Assembly: GCA_964016885.1 (NCBI GenBank)
Contig: OZ024744.1
Location: forward strand, 129,518,001 to 129,582,000
Direction: 5' to 3'
Length of the DNA: 64,000 nt
DNA from: Eledone cirrhosa
Lineage: Eukaryota
Part shown: positions 39,830-53,230 of the stretch, piece after piece
Layout: each line of letters begins with the position of its first letter
Position numbering within the stretch: position 1 is the first letter of the stretch
The notes under the pieces: model-generated
What the model saw: the letters and a program-made list of their open reading frames with translations, nothing else
Told to the model about the DNA's origin: nothing
Databases searched by the model: none
Program-made: the position numbers and the translations under genes

Positions 39830-42800
39830 GAGGTTAAGTTAAGTTGGGGCTAAGTTAAGTTGGGGCTAAGTTAAGTTGGGGCTTAGTTAAGTTGGGGTCA
39901 AGTTAAGTTGGGGTTAAGTTAAGGTGGGGTTTAGTTAAGTTGGGGTCAACTAAAGTTGGGGTTAAGTTAAGTTGGGGTTTATTTAAGTTGGGGTTCAGTT
40001 AATTTGGGGTTAAGTTAAGTTTGGGTTAAGTTGGGGTTAAATTAAGTTGGGATTAAGTTAAGTTGGGGTTAAGTTAAGTTGGGGTTAAGTTAAGTCGGGG
40101 TCAAGTTAAGTTGGGGTTAAGTTAAGTTGGGGGTAAGTTAAGTTGGGGGTAAGTTAAGTTGGTGTTAAGTTAAGTTGGGGTTAAGTTAAGTTGGGGTTAA
40201 GTTAAGTTGGGTTTAAGTTAAGTTGGGGCTGAGTTAAGTTAGGGCTAAGTTAAGTTGGAGTTAAGTAAAGTTAGGGCTAAGTTAAGTTGGGGTTAAGTTA
40301 AGTTGGGGTTAATTTAAGTTGGGGTTACATTAAGATGAGGTTAAGTTAAGTTGGTGTTAAGTTAAGTTGGGGTTAATTTAAGTTGGGGTTAATTAAGTTG
40401 GGGTTAAGTTAAGTTGGGGTTAAGTTAAGTTGGGGTTAATTTCAGTTGGGGTTGAGTTAAGTTGGGGTTAAGTTTAGTTGGGGTTAAGTTAAGTTGGGGT
40501 TGAGTTAAGTTGGGGTTAAGTTAAGTTGGGGCTAAGTTAAGTTGGGTCTAAGTTAAGTTGGGGTTAAGTTAAGTTGGGGTTAAGTTAAGTTAGGGTTACT
40601 TTAAGTTGGGGTTATGTTAAGTTGGGGTTAAGTTAAGTTGGGGTTAAGTTAGGTTGGTGTTAAGTTAAGTTGGGGTTGATTTAAGTTGGGGCTAAGTAAA
40701 GTTGGGGGTAAGTTAAGTTGGGGGTAAGTTAAGTTGGTGTTAAATTAAGTTGGGGTTAAGTTAAGTTGGGGTTAAGTTAAGTTGGGTTTAAGTTAAGTTG
40801 GGGCTAAGTTAAGTTAGGGCTAAGTTAAGTTGGGGCTGAGTTAAGTTGGGGTTAAATTAAGTTGGGGTTAAGTTAAGTTGGGGGTAAGATAAGTTGGGGT
40901 TAGTTAAGTTGGGGTTAAGTTGAGTTGGGGTAAAGTTAAGTTGGGGTTAAGTTAAGTTGGGGTTAATTTAAGTTGGGGTTATGTTAAGTTGGGGTTAAGT
41001 TAAGTTGGGGTTAAGTTGAGTTGGGGTAAAGTTAAGTTGGGGTTAAGTTAAGTTGGGGTTAATTTAAGTTGGGGTTAAGTTAAGTTGGGGTTAATTTAAG
41101 TTGGGGTTAATTTAAGTTGGGGTTAAGTTAAGTTGGGGTTAAGTTAAGTTGGGGTTAAGTTAAGTTGGGGGTAAGTTAAGTTGGGGTTAAGTTAAGTTGG
41201 GGTTAAGTTGGGGTTAAGTTAAGTTAGGGTTAACTTAAGTTGGGGTTAAGTTAAGTGGTGGTTATGTTAAGTGGTGGTTATGTTAACTTGGGGTTAAGTT
41301 AAGTTGGGGTTAAGTTAAATTGGGGTTAAGTTAAGTTGCGGTTAAGTTAAGTTGGGGTTAAGTTAAGTTGGGGTTAAGTTAATTAGGGTTAAGTTAAGTT
41401 GGGCTTAAGTTAAGTTGGGGTTAAGTTAAGTTGCGGTTAAGTTAAGTTGGCGTTAAGTTAAGTTGGGGTTAAGTTAAGTTGGGGTTAGGTTAAGTTGGGG
41501 CTAAGTTAAGTTGGGGTTAAGTTAAGTTGGGGTTACGTTAAGTTGGGGGTAAGTTAAGTTGGTGGTAAGTTAAGTTGGGGGTAAGTTAAGATGGGGTTAA
41601 GTTAAGTTGGGGTTAATTTAATTTGGGGTTAAGTTATGTTGGGGTTAAGTTAAGTTGGGGTTAAGTTAAGTTGGAGTTAAGTTAAGTTGGGGGTAAGTTA
41701 AGTTGGGGTTAAGTTAAGTTGGGGTTAAGATAAGTTGGGGTTAAGTTAAGTTGGGGTTGAGCTAAGTTGGGGTTGAGTTAATTTGGGGTTAAGTTAAGTT
41801 GGGGTTAAGTTAAGTTGGGTTTAAGTTAAGTTGGGGTTAAGTTAAGTTGGGGTTAAATTAAGTTGGGGTTAAGCTAAGTTGGGGTTAAGTTAAATTGAGG
41901 TTAAGTTAAGTTGGGGTTAATTTAAGTTGGGGTTAAGCTAAGTTGGGGTTAAGTTAAATTGAGGTTAAGTTAAGTTGGGGTTAAGTTAAGTTGGGGTTAA
42001 TTTAAGTTGCGGTTAAGTTAAGTTGAGGTTAAATTAAGTTGGGGTTAAGTTAAGTTGGGGTTAAGTTAAGTTGGGGCTAAGTTAAGTTGGGGCTAAGTTA
42101 AGTTGGGGCTTAGTTAAGTTGGGGTTAAGTTAAGTTGGGGTTAAGTAAAGTTGGGGTTAATTTAAGTTGGGGCTAAGTAAAGTTGGGTTATGTTAAGTTG
42201 GGGTTAAGTTAAATTGGGGTTAATTTAACTTTGTGGTTAAGTTAAGTTGGGGTTAATTTAAGTTGGGGTTAAGTTAAGTTGGGGTTAAGTTAAGTTGGGG
42301 TTAAGTTAAGTTGGGGTTAATTTAAGTTGCGGTTAAGTTAAGTTGAGGTTAAATTAAGTTGGGGTTAAGTTAAGTTGGGGTTAAGTTAAGTTGGGGCTAA
42401 GTTAAGTTGGGGCTAAGTTAAGTTGGGGCTTAGTTAAGTTGGGGTTAAGTTGAGGCTAAGTTAAGTTGGGGCTTAGTTAAGTTGGGGTTAAGTTAAGGTG
42501 GGGTTTAGTTAAGTTGGGGTCAACTAAAGTTGGGGTTAAGTTAAGTTGGGGTTTATTTAAGTTGGGGTTCAGTTAATTTGGGGTTAAGTTAAGTTTGGGT
42601 TAAGTTTGGGTTAAATTAAGTTGGGGTTAAGTTAAGTTGGGGTTAAGTTAAGTTGGGGTTAAGTTAAGTTGGGGTTAAGTTAAGTTGGGGTTAAGTTAAG
42701 TTGGGGGTAAGTTAAGTTGGGGGTAAGTTAAGTTGGGGGTAAGTTAAGTTGGGGTTAAGTTAAGTTGGGGTTAAGTTAAGTTGGGGTTAAGTTAAGTTAG

Positions 42801-45800
42801 GGTTAAGTTAAGTTGGGGTTGAGTTAAGTTGGGGTTAAGTTAAGTTGGGGTTATGTTAAGTTGGGGTTAAGTTAAATTGGGGTTAATTTAACTTTGTGGT
42901 TAAGTTAAGTTGGGGTTAATTTAAGTTGGGGTTAAGTTAAGTTGGGGTTAAGTTAAGTTGGGGTTAAGTTAAGTTGGTGTTAATTTAAGTTGCGGTTAAG
43001 TTAAGTTGAGGTTAAGTTAAGTTGGGGTTAAGTTAAGTTGGGGTTAAGTTAAGTTGGGGCTAAGTTAAGTTGGGGCTAAGTTAAGTTGGGGCTTAGTTAA
43101 GTTGGGGTCAAGTTAAGTTGGGGTTAAGTTAAGGTGGGGTTTAGTTAAGTTGGGGTCAACTAAAGTTGGGGTTAAGTTAAGTTGGGGTTTATTTAAGTTG
43201 GGGTTCAGTTAATTTGGGGTTAAGTTAAGTTTGGGTTAAGTTGGGGTTAAATTAAGTTGGGATTAAGTTAAGTTGGGGTTAAGTTAAGTTGGGGTTAAGT
43301 TAAGTCGGGGTCAAGTTAAGTTGGGGTTAAGTTAAGTTGGGGGTAAGTTAAGTTGGGGGTAAGTTAAGTTGGTGTTAAGTTAAGTTGGGGTTAAGTTAAG
43401 TTGGGGTTAAGTTAAGTTGGGTTTAAGTTAAGTTGGGGCTGAGTTAAGTTAGGGCTAAGTTAAGTTGGAGTTAAGTAAAGTTAGGGCTAAGTTAAGTTGG
43501 GGTTAAGTTAAGTTGGGGTTAATTTAAGTTGGGGTTACATTAAGATGAGGTTAAGTTAAGTTGGTGTTAAGTTAAGTTGGGGTTAATTTAAGTTGGGGTT
43601 AATTAAGTTGGGGTTAAGTTAAGTTGGGGTTAAGTTAAGTTGGGGTTAATTTCAGTTGGGGTTGAGTTAAGTTGGGGTTAAGTTTAGTTGGGGTTAAGTT
43701 AAGTTGGGGTTGAGTTAAGTTGGGGTTAAGTTAAGTTGGGGCTAAGTTAAGTTGGGTCTAAGTTAAGTTGGGGTTAAGTTAAGTTGGGGTTAAGTTAAGT
43801 TAGGGTTACTTTAAGTTGGGGTTATGTTAAGTTGGGGTTAAGTTAAGTTGGGGTTAAGTTAGGTTGGTGTTAAGTTAAGTTGGGGTTGATTTAAGTTGGG
43901 GCTAAGTAAAGTTGGGGGTAAGTTAAGTTGGGGGTAAGTTAAGTTGGTGTTAAATTAAGTTGGGGTTAAGTTAAGTTGGGGTTAAGTTAAGTTGGGTTTA
44001 AGTTAAGTTGGGGCTAAGTTAAGTTAGGGCTAAGTTAAGTTGGGGCTGAGTTAAGTTGGGGTTAAATTAAGTTGGGGTTAAGTTAAGTTGGGGGTAAGAT
44101 AAGTTGGGGTTAGTTAAGTTGGGGTTAAGTTGAGTTGGGGTAAAGTTAAGTTGGGGTTAAGTTAAGTTGGGGTTAATTTAAGTTGGGGTTATGTTAAGTT
44201 GGGGTTAAGTTAAGTTGGGGTTAAGTTGAGTTGGGGTAAAGTTAAGTTGGGGTTAAGTTAAGTTGGGGTTAATTTAAGTTGGGGTTAAGTTAAGTTGGGG
44301 TTAATTTAAGTTGGGGTTAATTTAAGTTGGGGTTAAGTTAAGTTGGGGTTAAGTTAAGTTGGGGTTAAGTTAAGTTGGGGGTAAGTTAAGTTGGGGTTAA
44401 GTTAAGTTGGGGTTAAGTTGGGGTTAAGTTAAGTTAGGGTTAACTTAAGTTGGGGTTAAGTTAAGTGGTGGTTATGTTAAGTGGTGGTTATGTTAACTTG
44501 GGGTTAAGTTAAGTTGGGGTTAAGTTAAATTGGGGTTAAGTTAAGTTGCGGTTAAGTTAAGTTGGGGTTAAGTTAAGTTGGGGTTAAGTTAATTAGGGTT
44601 AAGTTAAGTTGGGCTTAAGTTAAGTTGGGGTTAAGTTAAGTTGCGGTTAAGTTAAGTTGGCGTTAAGTTAAGTTGGGGTTAAGTTAAGTTGGGGTTAGGT
44701 TAAGTTGGGGCTAAGTTAAGTTGGGGTTAAGTTAAGTTGGGGTTACGTTAAGTTGGGGGTAATTTAAGTTGGTGGTAAGTTAAGTTGGGGGTAAGTTAAG
44801 ATGGGGTTAAGTTAAGTTGGGGTTAATTTAATTTGGGGTTAAGTTATGTTGGGGTTAAGTTAAGTTGGGGTTAAGTTAAGTTGGAGTTAAGTTAAGTTGG
44901 GGGTAAGTTAAGTTGGGGTTAAGTTAAGTTGGGGTTAAGATAAGTTGGGGTTAAGTTAAGTTGGGGTTGAGCTAAGTTGGGGTTGAGTTAATTTGGGGTT
45001 AAGTTAAGTTGGGGTTAAGTTAAGTTGGGTTTAAGTTAAGTTGGGGTTAAGTTAAGTTGGGGTTAAATTAAGTTGGGGTTAAGCTAAGTTGGGGTTAAGT
45101 TAAATTGAGGTTAAGTTAAGTTGGGGTTAATTTAAGTTGGGGTTAAGCTAAGTTGGGGTTAAGTTAAATTGAGGTTAAGTTAAGTTGGGGTTAAGTTAAG
45201 TTGGGGTTAATTTAAGTTGCGGTTAAGTTAAGTTGAGGTTAAATTAAGTTGGGGTTAAGTTAAGTTGGGGTTAAGTTAAGTTGGGGCTAAGTTAAGTTGG
45301 GGCTAAGTTAAGTTGGGGCTTAGTTAAGTTGGGGTTAAGTTAAGTTGGGGTTAAGTAAAGTTGGGGTTAATTTAAGTTGGGGCTAAGTAAAGTTGGGTTA
45401 TGTTAAGTTGGGGTTAAGTTAAATTGGGGTTAATTTAACTTTGTGGTTAAGTTAAGTTGGGGTTAATTTAAGTTGGGGTTAAGTTAAGTTGGGGTTAAGT
45501 TAAGTTGGGGTTAAGTTAAGTTGGGGTTAATTTAAGTTGCGGTTAAGTTAAGTTGAGGTTAAATTAAGTTGGGGTTAAGTTAAGTTGGGGTTAAGTTAAG
45601 TTGGGGCTAAGTTAAGTTGGGGCTAAGTTAAGTTGGGGCTTAGTTAAGTTGGGGTTAAGTTGAGGCTAAGTTAAGTTGGGGCTTAGTTAAGTTGGGGTTA
45701 AGTTAAGGTGGGGTTTAGTTAAGTTGGGGTCAACTAAAGTTGGGGTTAAGTTAAGTTGGGGTTTATTTAAGTTGGGGTTCAGTTAATTTGGGGTTAAGTT

Positions 45801-48800
45801 AAGTTTGGGTTAAGTTTGGGTTAAATTAAGTTGGGGTTAAGTTAAGTTGGGGTTAAGTTAAGTTGGGGTTAAGTTAAGTTGGGGTTAAGTTAAGTTGGGG
45901 TTAAGTTAAGTTGGGGGTAAGTTAAGTTGGGGGTAAGTTAAGTTGGGGGTAAGTTAATTTGGGGTTAAGTTAAGTTGGGGTTAAGTTAAGTTGGGGTTAA
46001 GTTAAGTTAGGGTTAAGTTAAGTTGGGGTTGAGTTAAGTTGGGGTTAAGTTAAGTTGGGGTTATGTTAAGTTGGGGTTAAGTTAAATTGGGGTTAATTTA
46101 ACTTTGTGGTTAAGTTAAGTTGGGGTTAATTTAAGTTGGGGTTAAGTTAAGTTGGGGTTAAGTTAAGTTGGGGCTAAGTTAAGTTGGGGCTAAGTTAAGT
46201 TGGGGCTTAGTTAAGTTGGGGTCAAGTTAAGTTGGGGTTAAGTTAAGGTGGGGTTTAGTTAAGTTGGGGTCAACTAAAGTTGGGGTTAAGTTAAGTTGGG
46301 GTTTATTTAAGTTGGGGTTCAGTTAATTTGGGGTTAAGTTAAGTTTGGGTTAAGTTGGGGTTAAATTAAGTTGGGATTAAGTTAAGTTGGGGTTAAGTTA
46401 AGTTGGGGTTAAGTTAAGTCGGGGTCAAGTTAAGTTGGGGTTAAGTTAAGTTGGGGGTAAGTTAAGTTGGGGGTAAGTTAAGTTGGTGTTAAGTTAAGTT
46501 GGGGTTAAGTTAAGTTGGGGTTAAGTTAAGTTGGGTTTAAGTTAAGTTGGGGCTGAGTTAAGTTAGGGCTAAGTTAAGTTGGAGTTAAGTAAAGTTAGGG
46601 CTAAGTTAAGTTGGGGTTAAGTTAAGTTGGGGTTAATTTAAGTTGGGGTTACATTAAGATGAGGTTAAGTTAAGTTGGTGTTAAGTTAAGTTGGGGTTAA
46701 TTTAAGTTGGGGTTAATTAAGTTGGGGTTAAGTTAAGTTGGGGTTAAGTTAAGTTGGGGTTAATTTCAGTTGGGGTTGAGTTAAGTTGGGGTTAAGTTTA
46801 GTTGGGGTTAAGTTAAGTTGGGGTTGAGTTAAGTTGGGGTTAAGTTAAGTTGGGGCTAAGTTAAGTTGGGTCTAAGTTAAGTTGGGGTTAAGTTAAGTTG
46901 GGGTTAAGTTAAGTTAGGGTTACTTTAAGTTGGGGTTATGTTAAGTTGGGGTTAAGTTAAGTTGGGGTTAAGTTAGGTTGGTGTTAAGTTAAGTTGGGGT
47001 TGATTTAAGTTGGGGCTAAGTAAAGTTGGGGGTAAGTTAAGTTGGGGGTAAGTTAAGTTGGTGTTAAATTAAGTTGGGGTTAAGTTAAGTTGGGGTTAAG
47101 TTAAGTTGGGTTTAAGTTAAGTTGGGGCTAAGTTAAGTTAGGGCTAAGTTAAGTTGGGGCTGAGTTAAGTTGGGGTTAAATTAAGTTGGGGTTAAGTTAA
47201 GTTGGGGGTAAGATAAGTTGGGGTTAGTTAAGTTGGGGTTAAGTTGAGTTGGGGTAAAGTTAAGTTGGGGTTAAGTTAAGTTGGGGTTAATTTAAGTTGG
47301 GGTTATGTTAAGTTGGGGTTAAGTTAAGTTGGGGTTAAGTTGAGTTGGGGTAAAGTTAAGTTGGGGTTAAGTTAAGTTGGGGTTAATTTAAGTTGGGGTT
47401 AAGTTAAGTTGGGGTTAATTTAAGTTGGGGTTAATTTAAGTTGGGGTTAAGTTAAGTTGGGGTTAAGTTAAGTTGGGGTTAAGTTAAGTTGGGGGTAAGT
47501 TAAGTTGGGGTTAAGTTAAGTTGGGGTTAAGTTGGGGTTAAGTTAAGTTAGGGTTAACTTAAGTTGGGGTTAAGTTAAGTGGTGGTTATGTTAAGTGGTG
47601 GTTATGTTAACTTGGGGTTAAGTTAAGTTGGGGTTAAGTTAAATTGGGGTTAAGTTAAGTTGCGGTTAAGTTAAGTTGGGGTTAAGTTAAGTTGGGGTTA
47701 AGTTAATTAGGGTTAAGTTAAGTTGGGCTTAAGTTAAGTTGGGGTTAAGTTAAGTTGCGGTTAAGTTAAGTTGGCGTTAAGTTAAGTTGGGGTTAAGTTA
47801 AGTTGGGGTTAGGTTAAGTTGGGGCTAAGTTAAGTTGGGGTTAAGTTAAGTTGGGGTTACGTTAAGTTGGGGGTAAGTTAAGTTGGTGGTAAGTTAAGTT
47901 GGGGGTAAGTTAAGATGGGGTTAAGTTAAGTTGGGGTTAATTTAATTTGGGGTTAAGTTATGTTGGGGTTAAGTTAAGTTGGGGTTAAGTTAAGTTGGAG
48001 TTAAGTTAAGTTGGGGGTAAGTTAAGTTGGGGTTAAGTTAAGTTGGGGTTAAGATAAGTTGGGGTTAAGTTAAGTTGGGGTTGAGCTAAGTTGGGGTTGA
48101 GTTAATTTGGGGTTAAGTTAAGTTGGGGTTAAGTTAAGTTGGGTTTAAGTTAAGTTGGGGTTAAGTTAAGTTGGGGTTAAATTAAGTTGGGGTTAAGCTA
48201 AGTTGGGGTTAAGTTAAATTGAGGTTAAGTTAAGTTGGGGTTAATTTAAGTTGGGGTTAAGCTAAGTTGGGGTTAAGTTAAATTGAGGTTAAGTTAAGTT
48301 GGGGTTAAGTTAAGTTGGGGTTAATTTAAGTTGCGGTTAAGTTAAGTTGAGGTTAAATTAAGTTGGGGTTAAGTTAAGTTGGGGTTAAGTTAAGTTGGGG
48401 CTAAGTTAAGTTGGGGCTAAGTTAAGTTGGGGCTTAGTTAAGTTGGGGTTAAGTTAAGTTGGGGTTAAGTAAAGTTGGGGTTAATTTAAGTTGGGGCTAA
48501 GTAAAGTTGGGTTATGTTAAGTTGGGGTTAAGTTAAATTGGGGTTAATTTAACTTTGTGGTTAAGTTAAGTTGGGGTTAATTTAAGTTGGGGTTAAGTTA
48601 AGTTGGGGTTAAGTTAAGTTGGGGTTAAGTTAAGTTGGGGTTAATTTAAGTTGCGGTTAAGTTAAGTTGAGGTTAAATTAAGTTGGGGTTAAGTTAAGTT
48701 GGGGTTAAGTTAAGTTGGGGCTAAGTTAAGTTGGGGCTAAGTTAAGTTGGGGCTTAGTTAAGTTGGGGTTAAGTTGAGGCTAAGTTAAGTTGGGGCTTAG

Positions 48801-51800
48801 TTAAGTTGGGGTTAAGTTAAGGTGGGGTTTAGTTAAGTTGGGGTCAACTAAAGTTGGGGTTAAGTTAAGTTGGGGTTTATTTAAGTTGGGGTTCAGTTAA
48901 TTTGGGGTTAAGTTAAGTTTGGGTTAAGTTTGGGTTAAATTAAGTTGGGGTTAAGTTAAGTTGGGGTTAAGTTAAGTTGGGGTTAAGTTAAGTTGGGGTT
49001 AAGTTAAGTTGGGGTTAAGTTAAGTTGGGGGTAAGTTAAGTTGGGGGTAAGTTAAGTTGGGGGTAAGTTAAGTTGGGGTTAAGTTAAGTTGGGGTTAAGT
49101 TAAGTTGGGGTTAAGTTAAGTTAGGGTTAAGTTAAGTTGGGGTTGAGTTAAGTTGGGGTTAAGTTAAGTTGGGGTTATGTTAAGTTGGGGTTAAGTTAAA
49201 TTGGGGTTAATTTAACTTTGTGGTTAAGTTAAGTTGGGGTTAATTTAAGTTGGGGTTAAGTTAAGTTGGGGTTAAGTTAAGTTGGGGTTAAGTTAAGTTG
49301 GTGTTAATTTAAGTTGCGGTTAAGTTAAGTTGAGGTTAAGTTAAGTTGGGGTTAAGTTAAGTTGGGGTTAAGTTAAGTTGGGGCTAAGTTAAGTTGGGGC
49401 TAAGTTAAGTTGGGGCTTAGTTAAGTTGGGGTCAAGTTAAGTTGGGGTTAAGTTAAGGTGGGGTTTAGTTAAGTTGGGGTCAACTAAAGTTGGGGTTAAG
49501 TTAAGTTGGGGTTTATTTAAGTTGGGGTTCAGTTAATTTGGGGTTAAGTTAAGTTTGGGTTAAGTTGGGGTTAAATTAAGTTGGGATTAAGTTAAGTTGG
49601 GGTTAAGTTAAGTTGGGGTTAAGTTAAGTCGGGGTCAAGTTAAGTTGGGGTTAAGTTAAGTTGGGGGTAAGTTAAGTTGGGGGTAAGTTAAGTTGGTGTT
49701 AAGTTAAGTTGGGGTTAAGTTAAGTTGGGGTTAAGTTAAGTTGGGTTTAAGTTAAGTTGGGGCTGAGTTAAGTTAGGGCTAAGTTAAGTTGGAGTTAAGT
49801 AAAGTTAGGGCTAAGTTAAGTTGGGGTTAAGTTAAGTTGGGGTTAATTTAAGTTGGGGTTACATTAAGATGAGGTTAAGTTAAGTTGGTGTTAAGTTAAG
49901 TTGGGGTTAATTTAAGTTGGGGTTAATTAAGTTGGGGTTAAGTTAAGTTGGGGTTAAGTTAAGTTGGGGTTAATTTCAGTTGGGGTTGAGTTAAGTTGGG
50001 GTTAAGTTTAGTTGGGGTTAAGTTAAGTTGGGGTTGAGTTAAGTTGGGGTTAAGTTAAGTTGGGGCTAAGTTAAGTTGGGTCTAAGTTAAGTTGGGGTTA
50101 AGTTAAGTTGGGGTTAAGTTAAGTTAGGGTTACTTTAAGTTGGGGTTATGTTAAGTTGGGGTTAAGTTAAGTTGGGGTTAAGTTAGGTTGGTGTTAAGTT
50201 AAGTTGGGGTTGATTTAAGTTGGGGCTAAGTAAAGTTGGGGGTAAGTTAAGTTGGGGGTAAGTTAAGTTGGTGTTAAATTAAGTTGGGGTTAAGTTAAGT
50301 TGGGGTTAAGTTAAGTTGGGTTTAAGTTAAGTTGGGGCTAAGTTAAGTTAGGGCTAAGTTAAGTTGGGGCTGAGTTAAGTTGGGGTTAAATTAAGTTGGG
50401 GTTAAGTTAAGTTGGGGGTAAGATAAGTTGGGGTTAGTTAAGTTGGGGTTAAGTTGAGTTGGGGTAAAGTTAAGTTGGGGTTAAGTTAAGTTGGGGTTAA
50501 TTTAAGTTGGGGTTATGTTAAGTTGGGGTTAAGTTAAGTTGGGGTTAAGTTGAGTTGGGGTAAAGTTAAGTTGGGGTTAAGTTAAGTTGGGGTTAATTTA
50601 AGTTGGGGTTAAGTTAAGTTGGGGTTAATTTAAGTTGGGGTTAATTTAAGTTGGGGTTAAGTTAAGTTGGGGTTAAGTTAAGTTGGGGTTAAGTTAAGTT
50701 GGGGGTAAGTTAAGTTGGGGTTAAGTTAAGTTGGGGTTAAGTTGGGGTTAAGTTAAGTTAGGGTTAACTTAAGTTGGGGTTAAGTTAAGTGGTGGTTATG
50801 TTAAGTGGTGGTTATGTTAACTTGGGGTTAAGTTAAGTTGGGGTTAAGTTAAATTGGGGTTAAGTTAAGTTGCGGTTAAGTTAAGTTGGGGTTAAGTTAA
50901 GTTGGGGTTAAGTTAATTAGGGTTAAGTTAAGTTGGGCTTAAGTTAAGTTGGGGTTAAGTTAAGTTGCGGTTAAGTTAAGTTGGCGTTAAGTTAAGTTGG
51001 GGTTAAGTTAAGTTGGGGTTAGGTTAAGTTGGGGCTAAGTTAAGTTGGGGTTAAGTTAAGTTGGGGTTACGTTAAGTTGGGGGTAAGTTAAGTTGGTGGT
51101 AAGTTAAGTTGGGGGTAAGTTAAGATGGGGTTAAGTTAAGTTGGGGTTAATTTAATTTGGGGTTAAGTTATGTTGGGGTTAAGTTAAGTTGGGGTTAAGT
51201 TAAGTTGGAGTTAAGTTAAGTTGGGGGTAAGTTAAGTTGGGGTTAAGTTAAGTTGGGGTTAAGATAAGTTGGGGTTAAGTTAAGTTGGGGTTGAGCTAAG
51301 TTGGGGTTGAGTTAATTTGGGGTTAAGTTAAGTTGGGGTTAAGTTAAGTTGGGTTTAAGTTAAGTTGGGGTTAAGTTAAGTTGGGGTTAAATTAAGTTGG
51401 GGTTAAGCTAAGTTGGGGTTAAGTTAAATTGAGGTTAAGTTAAGTTGGGGTTAATTTAAGTTGGGGTTAAGCTAAGTTGGGGTTAAGTTAAATTGAGGTT
51501 AAGTTAAGTTGGGGTTAAGTTAAGTTGGGGTTAATTTAAGTTGCGGTTAAGTTAAGTTGAGGTTAAATTAAGTTGGGGTTAAGTTAAGTTGGGGTTAAGT
51601 TAAGTTGGGGCTAAGTTAAGTTGGGGCTAAGTTAAGTTGGGGCTTAGTTAAGTTGGGGTTAAGTTAAGTTGGGGTTAAGTAAAGTTGGGGTTAATTTAAG
51701 TTGGGGCTAAGTAAAGTTGGGTTATGTTAAGTTGGGGTTAAGTTAAATTGGGGTTAATTTAACTTTGTGGTTAAGTTAAGTTGGGGTTAATTTAAGTTGG

Positions 51801-53230
51801 GGTTAAGTTAAGTTGGGGTTAAGTTAAGTTGGGGTTAAGTTAAGTTGGGGTTAATTTAAGTTGCGGTTAAGTTAAGTTGAGGTTAAATTAAGTTGGGGTT
51901 AAGTTAAGTTGGGGTTAAGTTAAGTTGGGGCTAAGTTAAGTTGGGGCTAAGTTAAGTTGGGGCTTAGTTAAGTTGGGGTTAAGTTGAGGCTAAGTTAAGT
52001 TGGGGCTTAGTTAAGTTGGGGTTAAGTTAAGGTGGGGTTTAGTTAAGTTGGGGTCAACTAAAGTTGGGGTTAAGTTAAGTTGGGGTTTATTTAAGTTGGG
52101 GTTCAGTTAATTTGGGGTTAAGTTAAGTTTGGGTTAAGTTTGGGTTAAATTAAGTTGGGGTTAAGTTAAGTTGGGGTTAAGTTAAGTTGGGGTTAAGTTA
52201 AGTTGGGGTTAAGTTAAGTTGGGGTTAAGTTAAGTTGGGGGTAAGTTAAGTTGGGGGTAAGTTAAGTTGGGGGTAAGTTAATTTGGGGTTAAGTTAAGTT
52301 GGGGTTAAGTTAAGTTGGGGTTAAGTTAAGTTAGGGTTAAGTTAAGTTGGGGTTGAGTTAAGTTGGGGTTAAGTTAAGTTGGGGTTATGTTAAGTTGGGG
52401 TTAAGTTAAATTGGGGTTAATTTAACTTTGTGGTTAAGTTAAGTTGGGGTTAATTTAAGTTGGGGTTAAGTTAAGTTGGGGTTAAGTTAAGTTGGGGTTA
52501 AGTTAAGTTGGTGTTAATTTAAGTTGCGGTTAAGTTAAGTTGAGGTTAAGTTAAGTTGGGGTTAAGTTAAGTTGGGGTTAAGTTAAGTTGGGGCTAAGTT
52601 AAGTTGGGGCTAAGTTAAGTTGGGGCTTAGTTAAGTTGGGGTCAAGTTAAGTTGGGGTTAAGTTAAGGTGGGGTTTAGTTAAGTTGGGGTCAACTAAAGT
52701 TGGGGTTAAGTTAAGTTGGGGTTTATTTAAGTTGGGGTTCAGTTAATTTGGGGTTAAGTTAAGTTTGGGTTAAGTTGGGGTTAAATTAAGTTGGGATTAA
52801 GTTAAGTTGGGGTTAAGTTAAGTTGGGGTTAAGTTAAGTTGGGGTCAAGTTAAGTTGGGGTTAAGTTAAGTTGGGGGTAAGTTAAGTTGGGGGTAAGTTA
52901 AGTTGGTGTTAAGTTAAGTTGGGGTTAAGTTAAGTTGGGGTTAAGTTAAGTTGGGTTTAAGTTAAGTTGGGGCTGAGTTAAGTTAGGGCTAAGTTAAGTT
53001 GGAGTTAAGTAAAGTTAGGGCTAAGTTAAGTTGGGGTTAAGTTAAGTTGGGGTTAATTTAAGTTGGGGTTACATTAAGATGAGGTTAAGTTAAGTTGGTG
53101 TTAAGTTAAGTTGGGGTTAATTTAAGTTGGGGTTAATTAAGTTGGGGTTAAGTTAAGTTGGGGTTAAGTTAAGTTGGGGTTAATTTCAGTTGGGGTTGAG
53201 TTAAGTTGGGGTTAAGTTTAGTTGGGGTTA
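39830..53230 (+). repeat. Homogeneous 3210-bp higher-order repeat (~200 monomers per unit), about 4.2 copies, one with a 96-bp deletion
   Basis: ACATTAAGATGAGG occurs at 40327, 43537, 46651, 49861 and 53071, and TTAATTAA at 40389, 43599, 46713, 49923 and 53133. Both give spacings of 3210, 3114, 3210 and 3210. Unit-specific variants (GGGTTACTTT, GGGGTTGATTT, GGGCTTAAG, TTGAGGCTAAG) recur in register. Confidence 0.92.
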
